Assembly: GCA_964445525.1 (NCBI GenBank)
Contig: CAYULA010000010.1
Span: 1,158 to 65,157, forward strand
Direction of reading: 5' to 3'
Length of the DNA stretch: 64,000 nt
Source: an uncultured Thermoplasmatales archaeon
GTDB lineage: Archaea > Thermoplasmatota > Penumbrarchaeia > Penumbrarchaeales > Penumbrarchaeaceae
The translations under genes were made by a program, and so were the position numbers. The notes beneath the pieces were generated by a model. It ran no database searches, was not told the origin of the DNA, and worked only from the letters and a program-made list of their open reading frames with translations. Shown piece by piece: positions 19,601 to 26,818 of this stretch. How positions within the stretch are numbered: position 1 is the stretch's first letter; the number at the start of each line of letters is the position of its first letter.

Positions 19601-19730
19601 CGGGTTCAACTCCTCTTTCACACCCTTGATCATAATTGCGATAATTACCATTGGAATTTCCCTTTCCAGGGTAACGGTGAAGGAGTTAAAGGAAAGGTTC
19701 AAGACCTTAAGAGGATTGCAGGAAGAGTGA
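13632..19730 (+). CDS. giant membrane-anchored protein with multiple lamin-tail domains (LTD) and a dual-HKD phospholipase D-superfamily module
   Basis: 2032 aa. N-terminal hydrophobic segment and C-terminal TM (LIIIAIITIGISL). LTD-like segments (VINEVYPNPD..EFVELFNPSDTDLELKDYSLSD; IINEVLPDPEG..QWLELKNTG; LVITEVLWN..; VIDKIYFDT..). HKD motifs HAKYLVIDGKTTLVSTDN (18396-18449) and HSKGMVIDGNKTWISSFN (19110-19163). Confidence 0.85.
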   Translation: MTSARVKRSLKHGSGHFRTASVTLVLIILILFHGKTTGSNDLVEISEKKPYPVINEVYPNPDLDINGDGDTDQDDEFVELFNPSDTDLELKDYSLSDNTGTYTIPNKTIRAGSHLILGRWETGLVLGRDDQVTLCDQNGSIIDHFEFRDAGKGDCYQRSPDGNERWISGAKPTPGLENSDPPSFIINEVLPDPEGSNSGNQWLELKNTGPDWNIEGFVLTNHDALEFVLPDHEIKKDERFLIHLGSETKAPDVPEDIKVICDSSSSTLYSSGDDLEFLDSDGYALDFVAWGNSTHVDRSTGKGMKGQWSGEFYDKENSTMWGDLRNPAPVTGRTLMRIHDGRDSHSPADFILGPELTGGTPGWNNSIDPGLELDLPEGPLNLNEGEKDTIFLNISSSGTMRGNISILSRVTDENWTASLAANRTHMVGGGDNKPLKIDIEAPVDLRISNRCDLNLMVTWEDLPFISFQRTLKMQIPSFDVALEDMVVELDDFPTSIFPEGSYIEISGKVICDGEIPGGDLFLMISLLKENETEMEELLEFKDLRASSRRTFSVELDTIYLEGNLTLIARMDFQDKVREPDEDNNLWSEEIQVIPTTLSDSSRGLVITEVLWNYTSVGCFVTVNNTGPESIDISHMRLYFDDCFVSFPDEASIPSRGNITVAWGEEALEKIDDIGKIFRKDGKGPVDFRMSEDEDHKDPMESNILRLMTRYRDLIDEVTLKREAIEDGKNNMTALFPETTWGSILKRRSDSNGLHIDTDSYLDWTVDPVRASITTLLVDPGPDGPGEFIGITPDDKSNDLSGLVLSRGDGLLVIPDEYSRTPEETFIAREPESFDSKQLFLPELAFEDNEREIPSCSVPGFRTVSLPNGGGELTLLDRGNRIIEKVCWGNSDSLDPGRGVIISRRLSIEGPSNWMKRGTGDLPMNGKWSFSNRSISEAGSGGLPDLVTVDDSEKVSFLLPGLTLEYLARTIMNIREDGNQVKLYIFCPPWNRDPSLQIHTGLEKEMGWFRHLEDVGVKIFFPEDPKDQWCSGSVITQNRLVSFNVPRNGRTEEIRWDMIAFDGGSSSIFELSEDFREQEDWFDASPMLSEYNRIEPGSFDENNTVDHVNECDSSICWAVDPSIYTVGSGRISILHTTGGLDLSTIMELLRNGSSVDLSISSSLLRMENEDALEKIFEEENRITSVPPLHSIGDLNSDFSCRLAALERISQERGYDLRLSMMDIFNGTFEGRNIWSWGTGYACTTSTHLDEKVPCWIICNLKKGTRQIPQTFNNPFPKGFLPGNSIIKGQKIVIDKIYFDTYLKEDPDEAICLLNCGSEQIDISGFIITDDEGEGRNSDGLWMIPPNTSIDPAREFWITRDGGRFHYQFGFHADLAFLNSTCGGYLSGVYGDLRLANSNDTVSLRDPMGNIVDVVPYGESTWKSVWPHHDGGNWSGPSASAPGWGKILHRWKGWDQVLPEDRNSAEDFTLLRNLYPGVSDLPRFGKVEAENVDAAVCPDSGWSLLKRSIAESNSRILFNVYEMTSDWIVSSLIGARERGIEVKVILEGGPVGGRSYTSEILADRLTENGITVRWMSNDFEKDIRDRYRYDHAKYLVIDGKTTLVSTDNFKDSSFPNNGDILEGTRGWMVSVTSKELASQMEKIFFGDWNGPDMMENTVDYLQDYDKSGKGILQVETDEPRFSLFSANSSAEVQVLVCPDHISTPGNPLIRAIEQAESSIFLELMDIDEDFNLQGKENTFELEGSWGVKEPVKGMNNPYLAALFDAAGRGVRVRILLDGSDFNGDGIPENMETANLIGKAVDELGLSNNFRVRLHPPSRMDNYCDISLIHSKGMVIDGNKTWISSFNWGPTSGLDNREVGLMIDSQEIASFYTSVMDHDWGGTIQNDLTADLKQIRFWTEEDISVARVAMEVDWNGEQCLNFSFENGREGSEPFVIGGVEGDYDGIFRQEVAIRDAKEGDLIVICATSEERTMELFEVTVGFNEEESREPAGFGFNSSFTPLIIIAIITIGISLSRVTVKELKERFKTLRGLQEE

Positions 19731-19815
19731 AGAAAGGTATATTTGGCGAACTGGACATAAAGTATTTAATCGGCTTACCGGATATCCGGATAATTCATAT
19801 ACACCGGTACGGGGG

Positions 19816-20559
19816 ATGGTTATGTTCGAGGTTGATATCAAGGTAGATACCCTCAAAAGCGTATTCTCGATCCTCACCCCCATCGTGGGTGAGATCAAGC
19901 TTACTGCGGACGAGGAGGGGTGGAAAATCAAGGCAGTGGATCCCGCCCATGTGGCGATGGTGGATCTTACCATATCCAGGGAAGCATTCGACAAGTACGA
20001 AGTCGAACCCATGGAGCTGGGTCTGAACGTGGAAAGGATGCTCGAGCATCTCAAAAGCGCAAAAAGCGATGACCTCGTCAAAATGAATCTGGACAAGGAT
20101 AACAGGCTGGTGGTTTCCATGTCCAATCTGACACTCAAGATGCCGCTTGTGGATGCATCCGGATTCTCCGACCCGAAGGTACCCAATCTTCAGCTGCCGG
20201 TGGGATTGAAACTTAACTCCGGAGAGCTCCAGAAGGGGCTCAAGGTATCGGCATCCATCTCCGATTACATTACATTCGACTGCTCAGAGGACAAGCTCGT
20301 AATGACCTCATCCGAGGACCTTTCTTCAATGACCCTGGAACTGAGCAAGGGAACCGAGTACGAACAGATCAATTTCGAAAAGCCCGCAAAGAGCTCCTTT
20401 TCACTGGATTATTTCACCCAGCTGATGAAAGGAGTTGGCCCGAACCGGGACATTTCACTGAATCTGGGAAATTCATATCCCCTCAAGATGGATTTTGACT
20501 TCGCGGAAGGAAAAGGGCATGCCAGGTATCTTCTGGCACCCAGAATTGAATCCACCTGA
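19816..20559 (+). CDS. pcn: DNA polymerase sliding clamp (PCNA)
   Basis: 247 aa. The length and N-terminal pattern MFEVDIKVDTLKSVFSILTPIVGEIKL...AVDPAHVAMVDL are typical of archaeal PCNA. Confidence 0.9.
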   Translation: MVMFEVDIKVDTLKSVFSILTPIVGEIKLTADEEGWKIKAVDPAHVAMVDLTISREAFDKYEVEPMELGLNVERMLEHLKSAKSDDLVKMNLDKDNRLVVSMSNLTLKMPLVDASGFSDPKVPNLQLPVGLKLNSGELQKGLKVSASISDYITFDCSEDKLVMTSSEDLSSMTLELSKGTEYEQINFEKPAKSSFSLDYFTQLMKGVGPNRDISLNLGNSYPLKMDFDFAEGKGHARYLLAPRIEST

Positions 20560-20560
20560 T

Positions 20561-20917
20561 CTAATCCAGCTCGATCTTGTCCATCCTCTCTCCCTTCCTT
20601 CTTTTCTCCCGCGGCATATTGAATGAGAGACTCTGCTTCAATCTTCTGTAGAAGGCGAATCTGTTGAGGTTCACCACAAAATACCCCAGGAAAAAAGGAA
20701 TGGAAACAAGGACCATCAGAAGGGGTGTGGACCACCAGTTCTGATAGCTTTCGTTTCCGTTCACCAGTGAATCGATACCGTATACAAGAATTTCCGCAAA
20801 GGCCATAAGGATCAGGAAAACCCCCGTTGTCATAAATACCGCTGAGATGATGGCTGAAAGTATACTCCAGAAATTCAGCGCTTTCCTGCCCCCCCTGCGA
20901 TTCTGATCATAAGCCAT
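20561..20917 (-). CDS. hypothetical membrane protein (2 predicted TM helices)
   Basis: 118 aa with two hydrophobic stretches (FWSILSAIISAVFMTTGVFLILMAF; LLMVLVSIPFFLGYFVV) and a basic C-terminus. No family recognised. Confidence 0.5.
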   Translation of the reverse strand: MAYDQNRRGGRKALNFWSILSAIISAVFMTTGVFLILMAFAEILVYGIDSLVNGNESYQNWWSTPLLMVLVSIPFFLGYFVVNLNRFAFYRRLKQSLSFNMPREKRRKGERMDKIELD

Positions 20918-20955
20918 AGACTATCACTGGTCCCTTTCACTAACACTGCTTCTTA

Positions 20956-23900
20956 CTATTTTTGATTTCTCATTTCAGGATAGAAAACCTCGCTGCCATT
21001 TTCAATGGAAGTATTATCCGATGTATCCAATTTTGAAACAACGTTTTCGGACTTCTTTCTTGAATAAATGAGGATCGAGACGGCCACCAATATCACCAGG
21101 ACCATCAAACCTGCCAAGGTCAATATCCAGATCGGCTTTGATCCATCATTCTTTCCATCCACTATCCCTATCTCGATCGAAGAATCTCCCGATAGAGGTT
21201 CCCCGTGTATTGAAAAAACATCCCCGAGATCCAGTAGATAGTTCCCGTTTTCCAGATCCGAGGGTATTACTATATGATATCTAAACGAACCCTGTCCCGA
21301 GGCATCCTTCAAAGGTGTCAATTCCCTCTCGAAATCCTCGCCCATTAAAACCACCATCGAGTCTATGTTCAATTCTTCAGTTAGAGATATTACAAGGGTA
21401 TCACCCTGGCTAAGTTTCAAAAGATCACCGTTTGAAGGGTCCTCCATTACTTGAATATCCAATACCTTGAGTTCAGCCCTGGTCTTGAAGTACAGGCTGA
21501 AAGTATCCAGAGCTTCCCCGGTAATATCGGCCATTCCTTCTTCAAGGACAATGGAATATTCTTTTCCTTTTTCAAGGGGATCCAGAGGATCGATGTAGAG
21601 AACCGTTCCGGTTGAATCCCAGGAGATGCGGCGCCTGAGGGATCCTCCGCTGTCATCCAAAAGCAGCACGGAATCGAGGGCTCTTGATACATCCATCCTC
21701 TCCGAGAATTCAATAGATATTTCATTATCAACCGAAAATCCTCTTTCTCCATCCTCGGGTTGAGATCGGATGGGATAGGGTTTTGATCCGTCGGTTATGA
21801 CATCGAGAACGAATGAATCCTCTCCTGTATTTCCGGATCCGTCCGTAACCGTTAACGTAACTGTGAATGAGCCAGGTTTGTCCGACTTGAATGAAAACTC
21901 CGTACCCTCGAGAACCAGGTCTATCTCCTCGATTCTCCATGTGTAAACAGCTCCACTCGGAAAAGCAGGATCATTATCCATAGTCCCGGATGCATTGAAT
22001 GTCAGTTCTCCGCCCAATATTACTTTCCTGTCCTCTCCGGCATCCACAGATGGGGGGGTTGTATCATTAACCCGGATCGAGAAATCCACGGACTGCCTGT
22101 TGCCGCCTCCATCTTCAACGCCGAAGGAAACGGAATACAATCCGGGTTTGAGGAGTGATGTTTCCAGAACAGGATCCCTGACCATCCTTTCCTCGGGTCC
22201 TGAAATCATCCAGAGGAATGAACCATCAAGAAAGATATCGGGATCGTCATCAATTATTTCAGGATCTACAAAGATGGTCTCACCCTCGTCAACCATGATA
22301 TTTTCAATGGGGGAAATCCTTGGAACGACCCCGTCTGCAACCTGCATGTCAACCATGCTGGTTGCACTGTTTCCGGCATTGTCTTCCACCAACAGTGTGA
22401 CGGTGTAGATACCGGGAAATTCCGGCTGGAAGGACATGTTCTCTCCTTCGAATCGAAGGACCTCCTCACCGAATTGGATGATCCAGGAATAATCGGAGAT
22501 TCCGGTCAATCTGCTGGCTGGCCCCTGATCGAAAGAATCTGAAGCAGTCAACCTGGTTACAGCCGGTGTCGAGTTATCCATCCATCTCAATTCGGCGATT
22601 GGCGGGACCTCGTCCCTTACCAAGTATAGATCCTGTCCAAAATCAAGAGGACCGTTTCCGTATGGATCGAATACCTTCAATCGGAAGATATTGATACCCT
22701 TGGCCAGAGGAACATCGGTATCGAAATAACCATCATCATCCGCCGTTTGGGTAATCGTGGAAGCTCCTTCTCTTTCAAGTTTGATAATGGATCCGGGTTC
22801 GGTCTCACCGGAAACTGAATACTTGTGATCATTGACGATTGCCTTCGGATTGGAGAATAACCTCAGGAGGTCCGGTCGAGTATTATCTATGAATACCGAA
22901 ACAAGGGGAGAGGTGATATTGGTATTGCCCGCCTCATCCGTTATACTCAATCTCAGGAATACGTCCTTTTCTTCCCATAATGATGAAGGCAGATCCGAGG
23001 TATTCCATTCGATCGGAGGGTGGGGGCCATTAACCGAAAGAAGATCTGTCCAGATGGTTCCCGGGACTCCGTCTCCATCCGTGTCTATGGAGCCCTGCAG
23101 CACCAGATCTGTCGTGTCCTTATCAAGTAAGATGTCGAGTTCTACGACCCCAGTCAGGACATTACCTTCGGAAGGGGAATTCCAGATCACCCATGGTTCC
23201 TTCAGATCACGAGGGATCGAGGAAGCGATACCGGAATCGGATGAGATCAACCCTCCGGTTTTGAGGGCCCTGACCTTGTAAAAATAGACAATGCCGTCAG
23301 TTAAACCGGTATCAATGTAATTTGAACTGCTGTCCAATGTGGTGTTAACAATTGAGAAATCGCCGGGTTTGCCCTCGCCCGGACTTGACTCAACAGCCCT
23401 CAGGATCATATGCGAGGAGACCTCCGAAGCATCGGGGGAGGACCAGTTGAGATAGAGTGAATTTCCCGGGTCAAGGGGCACCACTGTAAGATTATCGGGT
23501 CTGCGGGGAATGTCGGTGTTGATCCTTACCGGCTCGAGGGAATCAAGGAAAACATGGTCTATACCCTCCCTTCCCACTCTTCCGCTCAGGGTGAAATTGC
23601 CTTTCAGATCATCGGGGATGGTCATACGGCCTGAGTATAGACCGTCACCGGCAAGGACGTCGGGGTCTATCCCGTCATCCAGAGCTTCAATCCAGGTGAT
23701 ATTTCCCAATCCCCTTAAGGTGAAACCCGCCTCCCGGTTTTTTGTAGCATTGATGGTAACTGTCAGATAATCCTGATAGGTGAGGTTCTCTCCTGTGGAA
23801 TCATGTGTAACCGAGAATATCGAAGGAACCTCCAAAGCGTATGTATATGCCTCCACGGTCCTTTCCGGATATTCCTCGATGTAATAAGACATTACCTTTT

Positions 23901-26310
23901 GATCACCGGATACCTTGACTTCCCCGTTTTTCGGATTGTTCATTGTTATGTTTACCCACCCTTCGAAAAATCCGGTACCCGCACCATCCATTTCTATCTC
24001 CATCAACTCGATGGCCTCTCCGCTGGGGTCCGTGGAGGAATTTACCTTGACCTCGACACTTCCGGACCCTGTCAGATTCCTGTCTGTCAGATACAATTTC
24101 ACGGGTGTCCCGTTGGCGGGAGTCCTGTTCGATCCGAAGGCCAGGGAAGCTGATTCGTCGATCTGGTCAAAAGTGGCAACCAGGGCATAGGGCTGTGGTC
24201 CCCTGGTTACCGAATGGCCTTTTACGGTTATGTTGTATCTTCCCGGACCGGGGGATGGGATCCTGATTCTTTCCACGTTGTTGTTCCTGTCTCTGGCGGA
24301 ATCGAAGGGTGAGGAGAAATCATTTCCATACCATATGCTTCCATCCTCCGATCTTACCTCAAGGTCAAGGTCATTAACCAGCTTGTCCTTGCTTGTATTC
24401 GACCCTGGATAGTCGGTCCAGACAAGTGTTACCACTATATCGGAACCTCCAGCCTCGATTATATGGTGCCTTGAATGAGACTTTCCATGGGAGAGACCCG
24501 ATTTATTGTCCTCAAAAACCAGATCACCCGCATCGCTTCCTACGGATGAGAGAGAATTCGAGAGATTGACTCTCCCCCACCCTTCATATCTGTTGGGAAC
24601 CGAGGACCAGTCCCCGTTAAGAGGTCTGGCACCGTTGATTATGGTTGCTTTCAAAAGGGCTGAAGAGGGTGAAGAGAGATTCTCTTCTTCCTGATAGTAC
24701 TGTCTAATCAACGCAGACATGCCTGCCACATGAGGAGTGGACATCGAGGTGCCTCCCAGATAGGCATACCTGCTGTTCACTCCCTGATATGTGGAATTTG
24801 ATCCCCAGTAGTGGTTCCAGAAATCGGAAATCGTTGAGGCTCTCGTTGAGAGTATCCATGTCCCGGGAGCCACCACATCGGGTTTGATTCTCTCGTCACC
24901 CCAGGTATAACCCTGGGATGAAAAACTTGCCATCTGGGATATGTTGTCCGCCGATGATGAGATCGACGGTCTGTAGCTTTCCGAGGCTCCTACGGAGATT
25001 ACATTCTTGGAAGTTGACTGGGTTGAAACTGAATATTGACCGTTTGATCCTTTGTTGCCTGCGGAAAACAGAACGAGCATGTCCTTTTGACCCCAGACGT
25101 AATTATCTATCTGCCAGGATTTCCACGAATAATTGGCATAGCTGGACCTGGATGACCAGGAATTGCTGTGTATCCTTGCACCGCTGGAATAAGCATCCCG
25201 GAACAATGTCGTATAGGAAGGTATGTTGAGTGTTCCGGAGGAGGTCATGGTGGACTGCATGACAATCGTTGAATTCGGAGCCATACCCTTGTAGGTGCCG
25301 TTAGAGGCAGACCCGTTTCCCAGAACGGTACCCGCCACATGTGTCCCGTGTCCGCCCTTGTAATTCCAGGATCCTGTTGACCCGTCCCAGACATGAATAT
25401 CGGGATCCGACCAGTTACCGGACCTTCCGTAAGTGTATGTGGCCTTGATCCTTCCCTTGATGTCAGGATGCATGGTGGAATTCTTGCCGGTATCCAATCC
25501 CGTATCCGCCACCGCGATTATCTGATCCGAACCGTCCAGATCTGTTTGATACCAGGTTTCTGTGATATCCGTAATGTCAGCGGATATATCATTGTCCAGA
25601 TATTCTCTCAAGGGCGGAGATATATGTGATACGAAATGAAGCTCGGATATGGCTGCAATGGAGTCCCTGTCAGCTTCCAATATTATGTTCCAGGGATCCA
25701 CGAATTGGACGTTATTTCCTGTGATCTTTCTGATTGACTCAAGCAGGTCATCCGACCAGGATTGATAGGAACCAATAACTGCTTCAACTGCCTCATCATC
25801 CGAAATTGACATCAGATTGGCCAGAAGGTTCCCGTCCACAACCATTGCCGAATGGTATGGAAATACAAGACCATGGGTTCCAACCAACGTTTCAAGCTCG
25901 CCAAAATCATCATGCCGAACCAGGAAAGTTTTTGAAGAAAGGACCTCGACCACGGAGTCCGCTTCCGAAAATATCTTTTCTGATTGCATTCCTCCTTCAG
26001 AAAATTTCACTATGTACTGGTCCTGTCTGAACCCTGCCGGGGGCAATCCAGACTGTAAAGAGGACTCAAACATATCTATTTTCAACCCTCCCAATGAAAT
26101 AATGGCATCCTGACTTTCCACCTCAGACATATAATCCTTAAAGAGGGCCTCATCAACTCCGAGAATATCATTGAAGGTCCCGGAATTATCATTAATCTCC
26201 TGCTCATGGGATTCCATCAGTGAAAGTGAAGGAGCGGAAATAAAAAGAAAAATAATGAAAAATCCCAGAATCAGTTGAAATTTTTTAGTATTTGCTTTTA
26301 TCTTCATCAT
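20956..26310 (-). CDS. giant secreted S8 subtilisin-like serine protease with FN3/PKD/Ig-like repeats and C-terminal TM anchor
   Basis: Catalytic triad motifs AVADTGLD, HGTHVAGT and GTSMSTPHVAG. Signal-like MMKIKANTKKFQLILGFFIIFLFISAPSLS. TLVWTDYPG...LVNDLDLEV domain, an FN3-like segment and several PKD-like repeats. TM LTLAGLMVLVILVAVSILIY. Start trimmed from 26409 to ATG 26310/26307, which avoids overlap with iscU; a TATA-like TGTATAAAG lies about 20 nt upstream. Confidence 0.88.
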   Translation of the reverse strand: MMKIKANTKKFQLILGFFIIFLFISAPSLSLMESHEQEINDNSGTFNDILGVDEALFKDYMSEVESQDAIISLGGLKIDMFESSLQSGLPPAGFRQDQYIVKFSEGGMQSEKIFSEADSVVEVLSSKTFLVRHDDFGELETLVGTHGLVFPYHSAMVVDGNLLANLMSISDDEAVEAVIGSYQSWSDDLLESIRKITGNNVQFVDPWNIILEADRDSIAAISELHFVSHISPPLREYLDNDISADITDITETWYQTDLDGSDQIIAVADTGLDTGKNSTMHPDIKGRIKATYTYGRSGNWSDPDIHVWDGSTGSWNYKGGHGTHVAGTVLGNGSASNGTYKGMAPNSTIVMQSTMTSSGTLNIPSYTTLFRDAYSSGARIHSNSWSSRSSYANYSWKSWQIDNYVWGQKDMLVLFSAGNKGSNGQYSVSTQSTSKNVISVGASESYRPSISSSADNISQMASFSSQGYTWGDERIKPDVVAPGTWILSTRASTISDFWNHYWGSNSTYQGVNSRYAYLGGTSMSTPHVAGMSALIRQYYQEEENLSSPSSALLKATIINGARPLNGDWSSVPNRYEGWGRVNLSNSLSSVGSDAGDLVFEDNKSGLSHGKSHSRHHIIEAGGSDIVVTLVWTDYPGSNTSKDKLVNDLDLEVRSEDGSIWYGNDFSSPFDSARDRNNNVERIRIPSPGPGRYNITVKGHSVTRGPQPYALVATFDQIDESASLAFGSNRTPANGTPVKLYLTDRNLTGSGSVEVKVNSSTDPSGEAIELMEIEMDGAGTGFFEGWVNITMNNPKNGEVKVSGDQKVMSYYIEEYPERTVEAYTYALEVPSIFSVTHDSTGENLTYQDYLTVTINATKNREAGFTLRGLGNITWIEALDDGIDPDVLAGDGLYSGRMTIPDDLKGNFTLSGRVGREGIDHVFLDSLEPVRINTDIPRRPDNLTVVPLDPGNSLYLNWSSPDASEVSSHMILRAVESSPGEGKPGDFSIVNTTLDSSSNYIDTGLTDGIVYFYKVRALKTGGLISSDSGIASSIPRDLKEPWVIWNSPSEGNVLTGVVELDILLDKDTTDLVLQGSIDTDGDGVPGTIWTDLLSVNGPHPPIEWNTSDLPSSLWEEKDVFLRLSITDEAGNTNITSPLVSVFIDNTRPDLLRLFSNPKAIVNDHKYSVSGETEPGSIIKLEREGASTITQTADDDGYFDTDVPLAKGINIFRLKVFDPYGNGPLDFGQDLYLVRDEVPPIAELRWMDNSTPAVTRLTASDSFDQGPASRLTGISDYSWIIQFGEEVLRFEGENMSFQPEFPGIYTVTLLVEDNAGNSATSMVDMQVADGVVPRISPIENIMVDEGETIFVDPEIIDDDPDIFLDGSFLWMISGPEERMVRDPVLETSLLKPGLYSVSFGVEDGGGNRQSVDFSIRVNDTTPPSVDAGEDRKVILGGELTFNASGTMDNDPAFPSGAVYTWRIEEIDLVLEGTEFSFKSDKPGSFTVTLTVTDGSGNTGEDSFVLDVITDGSKPYPIRSQPEDGERGFSVDNEISIEFSERMDVSRALDSVLLLDDSGGSLRRRISWDSTGTVLYIDPLDPLEKGKEYSIVLEEGMADITGEALDTFSLYFKTRAELKVLDIQVMEDPSNGDLLKLSQGDTLVISLTEELNIDSMVVLMGEDFERELTPLKDASGQGSFRYHIVIPSDLENGNYLLDLGDVFSIHGEPLSGDSSIEIGIVDGKNDGSKPIWILTLAGLMVLVILVAVSILIYSRKKSENVVSKLDTSDNTSIENGSEVFYPEMRNQK

Positions 26311-26347
26311 CCCGGCCGATCCACCCTTTATACAACAGGCATCTTTC

Positions 26348-26818
26348 TCAGACAAGAGGTCCGCATTCCGCTTCATCGGTTCCCTCGTGGTGATCGTGGT
26401 CCTCTTCATCGGGTTTCAGGTCTTCCCTTTCTATTCCCTGGCTCTTGTAGTATTGATAAAGCGCCTTTTTCAATCCATCAACTGCCAGCAAGGAGCAATG
26501 GACCTTTACAGGCGGAAGTCCCTCGAGACCTCCCACGACATCGTCCCAGGTCAGTTCCTCGGCTTCTTTCAGGGTCTTCCCCTTTACCATCTCTGTGAGC
26601 ATCGAAGTTGTGGCTATTGCCGAGGCACAGCCGAAAGTCCTGAACTTGATGTCCATGATCTTTTCATCTTCGACCTTTATTGACAGCTCCATCATGTCGC
26701 CGCATACGGGATTTCCAACGGTCCCCACAGCATCGGCATCCTCGATTTCACCCACATTCCTGGGATTCTTGAAGTGTTCTAATACCTTCTTGGAATATTC
26801 CAGCCGTCCCATGTTCAT
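26348..26818 (-). CDS. iscU: IscU/NifU-type Fe-S cluster scaffold
   Basis: 156 aa. Conserved GNPVCGDMM, FGCASAIA and KVHCS cysteines. Carries a ~30-aa acidic/His-rich C-terminal extension (DEEDHDHHEGTDEAEC). Confidence 0.9.
   Translation of the reverse strand: MNMGRLEYSKKVLEHFKNPRNVGEIEDADAVGTVGNPVCGDMMELSIKVEDEKIMDIKFRTFGCASAIATTSMLTEMVKGKTLKEAEELTWDDVVGGLEGLPPVKVHCSLLAVDGLKKALYQYYKSQGIEREDLKPDEEDHDHHEGTDEAECGPLV

Noticed and set aside
19560-19730. PGF-CTERM / archaeosortase-type sorting signal at the end of the 2032-aa protein (..EPAGFGFNSS..TM..)
   Set aside because: The motif is only loosely PGF-like. The TM is followed by a ~25-aa charged tail rather than a short basic stub, so I treat it as a plain TM anchor.
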